Assembly: GCA_041675285.1 (NCBI GenBank)
Contig: JBAYTZ010000014.1
Span: forward strand, 22,891-86,890
Reading direction: 5' to 3'
Length of the DNA stretch: 64,000 nucleotides
Origin: Candidatus Delongbacteria bacterium
GTDB lineage: Bacteria; CAIWAD01
Below are positions 7,977 to 15,348 of this stretch, piece after piece; position 1 is the stretch's first letter; each line of letters opens with the position of its first letter. The notes below the pieces were generated by a model. That model had not been told where the DNA came from. It was given only the letters and a program-made list of their open reading frames with translations, and ran no database searches. The translations under genes were made by a program, and so were the position numbers.

Positions 7977-9671
7977 ATGACACCCGCAGAATTTGAGCAA
8001 TCCGTTGATAAAGCTGTTGAGCGACTGCAGATATTCGGTCTTCCCTCAAAGTGCATATTCGGTGCTGTGTTCGGTGTGATTGATAATTTGTTTAACGGTA
8101 AGAGATTTAGTGAAAACATCGAGCCAAGAATCGATGCAGGCTGCGCACTGATTGGTCGACTCTCCTATATGGCACCACTGTTACTTACATGCGATAGTAC
8201 GCAGATAGGTAGTAGCGCACTTGACACACAACAGGCTTACTTCTCCGTCGATTCAGATGGAGAACAGTTAAAGCTATTGCAAGCATATGGCCATTTCTGT
8301 GAGATAATGCCTGAAGTACATCGTGGATACTACAAGGTCATAGAATGCACTACAAACCGGTTGCGACTCGAACATAGCAGCCCTGAATTCAGGCACTCTG
8401 AATCGCTAGATATCATACTATCAGATTTAGCGTTGCCCTACCTTGTTCGTGTTCCTACAAACTACATGAATATGTTTGATAGGCAGGCAGAGCAATTACC
8501 AAAAGGAGACAGTGAGTTTCTAAACAAGACACTGGAAATTCTGTTTAATCATCACGCTACTCACACATTTGAAGTGCCAATATTATCATCCACAGGCTTT
8601 CTTTCGGGAGTTGGTGTATCCTATGAGGAATTTAAGCGTTTCCGTGCTGCATGGTTTGCATTCGCAGACTATTGTTTAGGAATGGCAGCAGCGATATCTC
8701 GATTAGGTGTAAACGACCCTAGCAGACAAGAGCAGTTGTTGCCTGAGCTATTCGAATGGCAGACCATAAACTTTAAAGAATATTTCTGCAAAGATCTAAT
8801 TATAAAAATCTCCAATATCCATCCCGATTCATATGAGAAGATTCTCAGCTTGTACTCATTCTACACTAATAATGAGGAATCTGACATGCGGTTCGGAGAT
8901 GGTTTTTTTCCGCCATTTATTCGGTACAAAGAATCTATCTGCTTCAATCCAAATACTCTTCAAATCATGCTTTCAGAAAGAAACATTCCCTATGTATTGA
9001 ACAAAATTGATCGAAAAAGATTTGATGGTGAGATATCAGAATACATGGAACCCCAGTTGATAAGTATTGCTGTAAAGCTGTTGAAGGCAATTGGCAATTG
9101 GGTGATAGTTGAGAACAAAGCCTGGGCGGGGGGTGAATTCGATATTCTGGTATATGCCCAACATGAAAACGTTGTACTGCATATCCAAGCAAAATCGGCC
9201 ATACCAGCACAAGGCGCAAGAATGATCAAGGCAAATGAAAGCCGCATCAAAGAAGGATTAAGGCAACTAAGAGTTTTCAGAGAAAAGCCTCAATCTTTTC
9301 AGGACTCGATCCTATCTAAGGCATTGGGCTTGAAAGTCTGCAACGCTTTAGTTTTAGATTCAGTACTTAGTCGTTCCAGTTTTGGAACTCATAACCTATG
9401 GTCAGAACTTGATAACACAATTCCATTGTCACCGACAATACTGTTGCACCTAGTGAGGAAGTACAAAGACTCAACACAACAAATTTTATTAACGGATATT
9501 AAGAATGAGATTGAGAGTTTCTTCGAGTTTATTTTGGATGATATGTGTCCGATATGGTCGGAAGCAATACTTGAAATTTCCGATAAGCAAGTTCTCTTTC
9601 CGCTGCTTGAGTTTGATGCAAACAATCTATCAAAACTGCGCGAAAGACTATGGAACTACTACGCAGTTTAA
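7977..9671 (+). CDS. cassette 2: hypothetical protein with a possible C-terminal PD-(D/E)xK nuclease-like motif
   Basis: 564 aa. Segment WAGGEFDILVYAQHENVVLHIQAKS fits D ... (E/Q)xK. Otherwise no similarity I can assign. Confidence 0.5.
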   Translation: MTPAEFEQSVDKAVERLQIFGLPSKCIFGAVFGVIDNLFNGKRFSENIEPRIDAGCALIGRLSYMAPLLLTCDSTQIGSSALDTQQAYFSVDSDGEQLKLLQAYGHFCEIMPEVHRGYYKVIECTTNRLRLEHSSPEFRHSESLDIILSDLALPYLVRVPTNYMNMFDRQAEQLPKGDSEFLNKTLEILFNHHATHTFEVPILSSTGFLSGVGVSYEEFKRFRAAWFAFADYCLGMAAAISRLGVNDPSRQEQLLPELFEWQTINFKEYFCKDLIIKISNIHPDSYEKILSLYSFYTNNEESDMRFGDGFFPPFIRYKESICFNPNTLQIMLSERNIPYVLNKIDRKRFDGEISEYMEPQLISIAVKLLKAIGNWVIVENKAWAGGEFDILVYAQHENVVLHIQAKSAIPAQGARMIKANESRIKEGLRQLRVFREKPQSFQDSILSKALGLKVCNALVLDSVLSRSSFGTHNLWSELDNTIPLSPTILLHLVRKYKDSTQQILLTDIKNEIESFFEFILDDMCPIWSEAILEISDKQVLFPLLEFDANNLSKLRERLWNYYAV

Positions 9672-9691
9672 TGGGAATCTAAATTGTAATA

Positions 9692-9822
9692 GCACATAAC
9701 AACTGCATGAAGCTGATGCCTCGCCTTGTCGCGGCCTTTGCCCTGGCAGATGACGCCTGCGCGTCAGGCTTGACGAGCAAAGCCCGCGCCAAGCCGGTCA
9801 CAGCTTATGCAGAACGTTATGC
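9692..9822 (+). repeat. attC-like site 2 (GCACATAAC ... GTTATGC)
   Basis: Inverted repeats GGCCTTTGC/GCAAAGCCC and CTGCATGAAGCTGATGCC/GGTCACAGCTTATGCAG. Ends 15 bp before the cassette 3 start (RBS AAGGAG + TTG). Confidence 0.55.
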
Positions 9823-9836
9823 ACAAGGAGCAGTAG

Positions 9837-10517
9837 TTGTCTAATCAAGAGATTGAAGAAACGACAGGCGATAGGCTGTCTCAGGCTAAGATCTACTTCG
9901 CATTTGTCAACGATCATGCCTCTTCACTTGATGACAAGGCGCGTACTCTTTTAACGATCGTATCATTACTAATCGGAACAGGGGTTCTGACTTTTTTCAA
10001 AGCGACTTTTGACAGTCAAGCAACCCTTAGCATTCGTCTAGCTTTTGTGGTGCTTGAATTGTCTCTATTGGCAACCTCAGCTGTTGCATTCTTCAAAATT
10101 CTGAACGTTTTGCGACTTCACGGATATAAGGGACCGCCTGATGCAAAAGGATTCCTGGAAAAGTTCAGAACAGAAGATGCCAAGACGACGAGGGAATCAC
10201 TGGCGCATTATTATGCTGCTGCGGCGGCAGAAAATTCAGAGCAAGTAAACACGATGGCCTCATGTTTGAAGGAGGCTTTCATTTGGACAAAAGTCGCATT
10301 CGGGGTGTTTCTGTTGTCAATCGTTACGTTAACACTCGCAATGTCATTTGGTGGAGAGCCAAAAATGTCAAACCAGAATGAAGCTCCAAAAAATCCCGCA
10401 AGCGGGACAACATCAGGTCAAGGATCGCAACCAACTCAACCGGCATCATCAGCACCGCCTGAACCTAAGCCAGTTCCGGGAACTCGAATTGAAAAGAGCG
10501 ATACACCTGGCAAGTAG
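9837..10517 (+). CDS. cassette 3: small 3-TM membrane protein with a low-complexity S/P/T-rich C-terminal tail
   Basis: 226 aa. TM segments LLTIVSLLIGTGVLTFF, LAFVVLELSLLATSAVAFF and VAFGVFLLSIVTLTLAMSF. Resembles small membrane effector/sensor proteins of defence systems (SLATT-like topology), but this is only topology-level similarity. Confidence 0.5.
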   Translation: MSNQEIEETTGDRLSQAKIYFAFVNDHASSLDDKARTLLTIVSLLIGTGVLTFFKATFDSQATLSIRLAFVVLELSLLATSAVAFFKILNVLRLHGYKGPPDAKGFLEKFRTEDAKTTRESLAHYYAAAAAENSEQVNTMASCLKEAFIWTKVAFGVFLLSIVTLTLAMSFGGEPKMSNQNEAPKNPASGTTSGQGSQPTQPASSAPPEPKPVPGTRIEKSDTPGK

Positions 10518-10527
10518 AAGTACGTAT

Positions 10528-10653
10528 GCATAACATGCCGTGCAGCCGACTATGCGCTTGTCACAGTGCTTACAGAACTTGACACAAAGAAACGTCGGTA
10601 AGACGAGGCAAGCGCCGCGCCAAGCGCGACGCGGCTGACGCCAGCCGTTAGGC
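10528..10653 (+). repeat. attC-like site 3 (GCATAAC ... GTTAGGC)
   Basis: Same sequence family as site 1 (TGCAGCCGACT.TGCGC.TGTCAC ... GCAAGCGCCGCGCCA.GCGCG.CGCGGCTGA.GCC). Confidence 0.6.
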
Positions 10654-10666
10654 ATTTGGGGGAAAG

Positions 10667-11674
10667 ATGATCAGAACAGCAGCGCAAGAAATCGAAAAAG
10701 TGGAAATGGGTAGACCGCACTTAGTCATTCTTGGCGCAGGGGCAAGTTACGCATCTACACCAACTGGCGATCGATTCGGAAAGCATCTCCCGCTGATGTC
10801 GAATTTGATTGAAATCCTTGAACTTGATGACATCGTTTCGAAATCTGGAATTGACTGTAGCAAGGGCAATTTTGAAACATTCTATTCGGAGCTTTACTTG
10901 CGAAAGGATATGGAATCGCAACGGAGAGAGCTCGAAGAGCGCATTCATCGCTACTTTAGCAGTTTGGAGTTACCGGAAGAACCCACTATCTACGACCATC
11001 TTGTTCTCAGTCTGCGCGAGAAAGACTATGTAGCGACATTCAATTGGGATCCTTTCCTGGTTCAGGCAATAAAGCGAAATGGCCGACGCTTCCCAATGCC
11101 CCGTCCACTTTTTCTCCATGGAAATGTAGCTGTCGGCTATTGTCGTCATGGGCATTCAATGGGTGACATTGGAAGTTGTTGCTCTAAATGTGGCGAGAGC
11201 TTTGTTCCGACAAGGATTCTGTACCCTGTTGCAGAGAAGAACTATCAAAACACTGAATTCATAGATCGGCAGTGGAGGGCAATCCAGGCAATTCTAAATG
11301 ATACATTTATGGTCACAGTTTTTGGCTATGGTGCCCCAGCCACAGATGCGAGTGCGGTTGAATTGCTGAAAACTGCCTGGGGTGGCGGCGACACTCGGGT
11401 TATGGAAGAGATTGAGATCATCGATATTCGCGATGATAATGAGTTAGAAGATCTTTGGTCACCGTTCATACATTCACATCATTACCGAGTGCACAGCTCC
11501 TTCTACGATTCGTGGATCTCAAAACATCCCCGCAGAACGGGCGAGGCCTATATCGATCAGTTCATCGATGCGATGTTCATCGAAGACAATCCTATTCCAC
11601 GTGGTTTGAGTTTTACCGGACTCTGGGATTGGTTTCAACCTTTGTCAGATGTAGAATTTGAGGCAAATGTCTGA
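10667..11674 (+). CDS. cassette 4: SIR2-like (SIR2_2 family) NAD-binding/NADase-type protein with an internal Cys/His Zn-ribbon-like insert
   Basis: Four SIR2_2 motifs in the same order as in ThsA-type SIR2 domains: LVILGAGAS (GAGxS), ATFNWDPF (TTNYD-like), LFLHGNV (catalytic HG), VFGYGAPATD (FVGFSFxD-like). Insert CRHGHSMGDIGSCCSKCGE resembles the sirtuin Zn module. Confidence 0.7.
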   Translation: MIRTAAQEIEKVEMGRPHLVILGAGASYASTPTGDRFGKHLPLMSNLIEILELDDIVSKSGIDCSKGNFETFYSELYLRKDMESQRRELEERIHRYFSSLELPEEPTIYDHLVLSLREKDYVATFNWDPFLVQAIKRNGRRFPMPRPLFLHGNVAVGYCRHGHSMGDIGSCCSKCGESFVPTRILYPVAEKNYQNTEFIDRQWRAIQAILNDTFMVTVFGYGAPATDASAVELLKTAWGGGDTRVMEEIEIIDIRDDNELEDLWSPFIHSHHYRVHSSFYDSWISKHPRRTGEAYIDQFIDAMFIEDNPIPRGLSFTGLWDWFQPLSDVEFEANV

Positions 11675-11795
11675 CAAGAACTTGCAATTGCCCCGCCCAG
11701 CGTCACGCCGCTTGCGTTGGACGCGACGCTAATCTTGGACGGAAATGTTCGCAAGCGGCGCGCCTCTGGGTGGGCAATTGAAGTCAACGTTAGGT
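11674..11795 (+). repeat. attC-like site 4 (... GTTAGGT)
   Basis: Inverted repeats GCAATTGCCCCGCCCAGCGTCACGCCGCTTGCG / CGCAAGCGGCGCGCCTCTGGGTGGGCAATTG. 3' core GTTAGGT lies 25 bp before the cassette 5 ATG. The 5' inverse core is poorly matched (CAAGAAC). Confidence 0.5.
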
Positions 11796-11819
11796 TCACA
11801 AGGAACTGAAGTGACGTAA

Positions 11820-12704
11820 ATGAAGATATTCCCTGATCCACCGCGCTTTGCTGATGAAGTCATCAGGTCATGTAAGCGAACGAATGATTATAGACCTATA
11901 ATATTCGAGTGGTATCAACACGTAATGATGCTTGCTAATGAGGTTTCCCTAATAAGCTTTGAATCACCTTCGGTTAGACAATTGAATAGATTGCAACATA
12001 TTGTTCTAGCTGGACTTCTATTTAGATGCAGTAGACTCATGAACTCGGTAGCATTAATTTCACGGAATGGCGAGTTTGGTGAAACTACAGCTATTCTGGA
12101 TCGATGTATATTTGAATCTTCAATAAAAGTTGTTTGGTTATGTCGAAGCGGGACTTATGACAAGTTTGTGCGATTCATGGCCAATGGTCTGAAAGCCGAT
12201 GTTTGTTTGAAGAATGAAATCGAAAAGGAGATCAAATCGCGAGGAGGAGCAGTACTGGAGATCGAAAATCGAATGCTGAAGTCAATTGAGAATTTCTTAG
12301 AGATTTCAAATCTTAGTGAAGAGGATGTAAGAGATTGTAAATGTCTTCCTCGTTTTGATATCATGATGCGTGAAATTGGGGAAAGTGATCTTGGTTATAT
12401 AGTAGGACAGAAGATTAACTCACACTTTGTTCACGGAACATGGTCTGGAATGCTACATCATTGTCTGAAGGTTGGTGATGATGGACTGTTGCATGTGGGA
12501 AGAAGTAGATGTCAAACGCACTTCAGTCAGTATTTAGGTACGGCGCTACAGGTTGTCGTTGCGGTATATGCTTATTGTGAATGGATGTTTGATCAGTCAA
12601 CTGCAAAAGTTTTCAAGGATGCTCTTCAGTTTGTTTATGATGAAGTGCTCAAGGTGGAACAGTCTGCAATGGGACGAGATTTTGACGAGGTGAATGGAAC
12701 CTAA
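11820..12704 (+). CDS. cassette 5: hypothetical protein
   Basis: 294 aa, low-GC ORF with plausible protein composition. No assignable motif. Confidence 0.5.
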   Translation: MKIFPDPPRFADEVIRSCKRTNDYRPIIFEWYQHVMMLANEVSLISFESPSVRQLNRLQHIVLAGLLFRCSRLMNSVALISRNGEFGETTAILDRCIFESSIKVVWLCRSGTYDKFVRFMANGLKADVCLKNEIEKEIKSRGGAVLEIENRMLKSIENFLEISNLSEEDVRDCKCLPRFDIMMREIGESDLGYIVGQKINSHFVHGTWSGMLHHCLKVGDDGLLHVGRSRCQTHFSQYLGTALQVVVAVYAYCEWMFDQSTAKVFKDALQFVYDEVLKVEQSAMGRDFDEVNGT

Positions 12705-12830
12705 CAACAGCTTGCAGCCGACTTTGCGCCTGTCACGGCGCTTGCAGGCTGGATTTGAAGAAACGTCGGTAGGAAAAAGCAAGCGACGCGCCAGACGCGT
12801 CGCGGCTGAAGCCGCGGAGCCAAAGTCCTC
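12700..12830 (+). repeat. attC-like site 5 (ACCTAAC ...; conserved family body but no canonical GTTRRRY 3' core)
   Basis: Same family body as sites 1 and 3 up to GCGGCTGAAGCC, then diverges (GCGGAGCCAAAG). A lone GCCTAAC occurs about 60 bp downstream (12888-12894). Confidence 0.45.
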
Positions 12831-13425
12831 GCCAAATTCTTCTTCAGTGCTGACGAATGGAATCGCGGCGTTCGACTCAGCACGGTCGCCTAACCACTTG
12901 ATCCCATTGAAAATTGACGTCGCTAAGGCGGCAAACCCACTGCTGGAGCGGGCTGAAGGCCAAACAGAGAACAGTTTGCCGAAGACTTGCCTCGGATCCC
13001 CAAGCCCCGCAATGGGGCACTCAACCCATGTACCAGACCCGCTTATCTTGGCTCCCGTGTCTCACGTTGCACGGTTACCTCGGAGTGGATCATGTCCCGG
13101 CTTACATACATCGCGGCCCTCACCATCGCCCGTCCCATTCACCACTGCGCCCTCTCCCGTTCCATTCTGCTGACCCTCAAGTAGCCCGGAGCGACAGTCC
13201 AGGCCTGGTTGATCACCAGGTCTAACGCGGACCGTTCGGCCCGGGCATTCCTGTGCTCATCCCATTTCCGTGTGACACACGGATCGGGTGATCTCTGCCT
13301 ACAGGTCGCCAGGGCGAACTCTGCCCAGTTCATCACCTGTCGGCTCCGGCGCGCACCCAGCGCCCGGGCCTTGATCCCGCTCTCCGGCGAAGCCGCGCCG
13401 GCGCTGACGCAGCGCTGGAGCGGCC

Positions 13426-14124
13426 ATGCTACCCACCAAACGCACCGATGCCCTCACCCCCCAGTCCGTCGCGGACTACTTGACCCTGGCCGCGGAAAAT
13501 GCCGCGCTGCCGGCGACGCTGGAGGCGTTCCTGGCCCTCCTCGGCCCGGAGGGAAAGGACAAGAATGAAGAACGCAAGGCGGCCCTGGCGACGGTCCTCC
13601 AGAAGTTGCAGACAGGGCATCCGGCGCGTGCCAGCATCCAGCTCTGGCTGCTGGTCGCCTATGCCCCCCTGCTCCGAGGGCTTGCCGGCCGCTATTCGCG
13701 AAATGGCAACGAGCAGGCGGATGTCGAGAGCACTGTCGTGGTCGCATTCCTGGAGACCATCCAAGGCACCCCTGAAGCGCGGCTGAAGGATGCCTTTCTG
13801 CAGAAGCGGGTCTTGGACGACACCAAGGACCGGGTCCGAGTTCACCTGGGTCTGCGAGACTACCAGCAAGACAACCGCATCGAGCTCGTGGCGGACGACG
13901 CAGTGCAGGAGGACCGCGCACCGGACGAGCGGGTGGATGGATACGAGTCGCTGCTGGCCCAGATCAATGAGCTGCCCATCGCCGCCAGCGACCGCGACCT
14001 CTTGGTGGGGATCTATGTCTACGGCTACAGCATGGCCGAGCTGGCCGAGAGGTGGCACATCCCCCACGACACCGTCAAGAAGCGCTACCAGCGGCTGCTG
14101 CGGCGCCTGAAGGAAAAACTCTGA
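13426..14124 (+). CDS. sigma-70 family (ECF-like) RNA polymerase sigma factor
   Basis: Region-2-like LWLLVAYAPLLRGLAGRYSR and region-4 HTH YSMAELAERWHIPHDTVKKRYQRLLRRLKE. 232 aa. Confidence 0.65.
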   Translation: MLPTKRTDALTPQSVADYLTLAAENAALPATLEAFLALLGPEGKDKNEERKAALATVLQKLQTGHPARASIQLWLLVAYAPLLRGLAGRYSRNGNEQADVESTVVVAFLETIQGTPEARLKDAFLQKRVLDDTKDRVRVHLGLRDYQQDNRIELVADDAVQEDRAPDERVDGYESLLAQINELPIAASDRDLLVGIYVYGYSMAELAERWHIPHDTVKKRYQRLLRRLKEKL

Positions 14125-14179
14125 CCCCTGTCCCCTTTGGCCTGATTTCCCGCCCTCTTCTAAGGAAACGACCAAGGAG
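14124..14179 (+). promoter_or_regulatory. 56-bp conserved promoter/leader element, copy 1 (ACCCCTGTCCCCTTTGGCCTGATTTCCCGCCCTCTTCTAAGGAAACGACCAAGGAG)
   Basis: Near-identical second copy at 24748-24804. Both end in RBS AAGGAG 6-8 nt before an ATG. Lies immediately downstream of the sigma-factor gene. Confidence 0.55.
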
Positions 14180-14185
14180 ACCCGG

Positions 14186-14473
14186 ATGACCCAGACCGCC
14201 ACCCTGCCCACCACCGCAGACGCCGAAGAGGTCGCCAGCCGCGTCAAGGGAGCTTTCCTCATCCTGACGCTGGAGTTCGGCGGCATCGCTGCGGAGCACA
14301 ACCTCGACACCATCGTGACGGAGCGCGTGTCCGCCTCCATCGAGACGGCCCTCCGTGCCTGTCTGGAGCCCCTGGAAAGCCTGCGCACCAAGCCCGTGCT
14401 CGGGGCAACCCTCAACCTCAGACCCTACCCAGCCATAGCCCGCCTTCTGGGCGTCATCCGTGACACGCAGTAA
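14186..14473 (+). CDS. hypothetical protein
   Basis: 95 aa. ATG preceded by AAGGAG within the conserved leader. Confidence 0.45.
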   Translation: MTQTATLPTTADAEEVASRVKGAFLILTLEFGGIAAEHNLDTIVTERVSASIETALRACLEPLESLRTKPVLGATLNLRPYPAIARLLGVIRDTQ

Positions 14474-14498
14474 TCCACATCAATCTGGAGGTCCCACC

Positions 14499-15269
14499 AT
14501 GGGCCGATTCGACGACATGAACAAGCGCCACGAGCAGCACACCCTGGAGAGTGGCCGCTTCCTCAAATTCGACGACGGAGACAAGCACCTGCTGGTCTTC
14601 CTGGGCTTCCCCCACATCCGCGAGGTGTACTGGGACGGCACCAACTACCACGACTGGAAAGACGGCTGCGGCAAGGAGAAAAGCCTGAAGACCTCGATGA
14701 ACGTGGCCATCATCGAGCTGGTTGGCGGCAGATACATCTTCAAGGCCCTCAAGGTCCTGGAGAACTCCAAGACGTTCTTCAAGCAGGTCAACAAGATGGA
14801 TGTCAAGTACGGCGTCGACAACGAGATCTTCGAAGTTGAGCGCACGGGCCAGAAGGCCAAGGACACCACCTACACGATCCTTCCTGAGGCCCCCATCAGT
14901 CCCGAGCTGCGCGCCCAGCTGGACGCTCTGGAACTCAACGACCTCACCAAGGATCGCGACGACGACGACCAGAAGGGCGGCAGTGGCGGCAGCACCACCA
15001 AGCAGCCCGATCCCCCGGCCATCATCACCCAGGACGAGGGAAACGCCATCATCGAGCGGCTCAAGGCCCTCAAGGCCGCGCTGGGCGACGCCCAGGGCGC
15101 GCAGATGATGGCCGATTTCCTGGCCAAGTTCGGCATCAAGCAGATCCGCCAGCTCCCAGCGGCCAGGCTCAAGGAAGCCCAGCAGTGGATCGCGGGAGAG
15201 GAGGAGAACCTGCGTCACGCCAAGAATGATGGCGGCGTGGGTGCGGCCGAGGCCGACCCCTTCTCCTGA
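14499..15269 (+). CDS. hypothetical protein, possibly an SSB-like ssDNA-binding protein (Gly-rich linker + acidic C-terminal tip ...EADPFS)
   Basis: Start MGRFDD with GGAGG RBS. GGSGGSTT linker. Terminal DPFS resembles SSB C-terminal tips (DIPF). Weak. Confidence 0.4.
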   Translation: MGRFDDMNKRHEQHTLESGRFLKFDDGDKHLLVFLGFPHIREVYWDGTNYHDWKDGCGKEKSLKTSMNVAIIELVGGRYIFKALKVLENSKTFFKQVNKMDVKYGVDNEIFEVERTGQKAKDTTYTILPEAPISPELRAQLDALELNDLTKDRDDDDQKGGSGGSTTKQPDPPAIITQDEGNAIIERLKALKAALGDAQGAQMMADFLAKFGIKQIRQLPAARLKEAQQWIAGEEENLRHAKNDGGVGAAEADPFS

Positions 15270-15348
15270 TCCCGTTCCCCAGGGCCCGGTCGACTTCCTC
15301 ACGTGCTTGTCGACCGGGCCTCACTTCCACCCCAGCAGAGAGCCAATC

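Larger units (their letters stand above)
6862..12830 (+). mobile_element. integron-like gene-cassette array (five cassettes, all co-oriented, each ORF followed by an attC-like imperfect inverted repeat); no intI in window (CALIN-like)
   Basis: Low GC (~40%) against a ~65% background. ORFs separated by 120-130 bp GC-rich inverted repeats. Each repeat begins at or overlaps the stop codon with GCATAAC/ACCTAAC and ends with GTTATGY/GTTAGGY 10-25 bp before the next start codon. Compact promoterless ORFs carry their own RBS. Confidence 0.65.
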
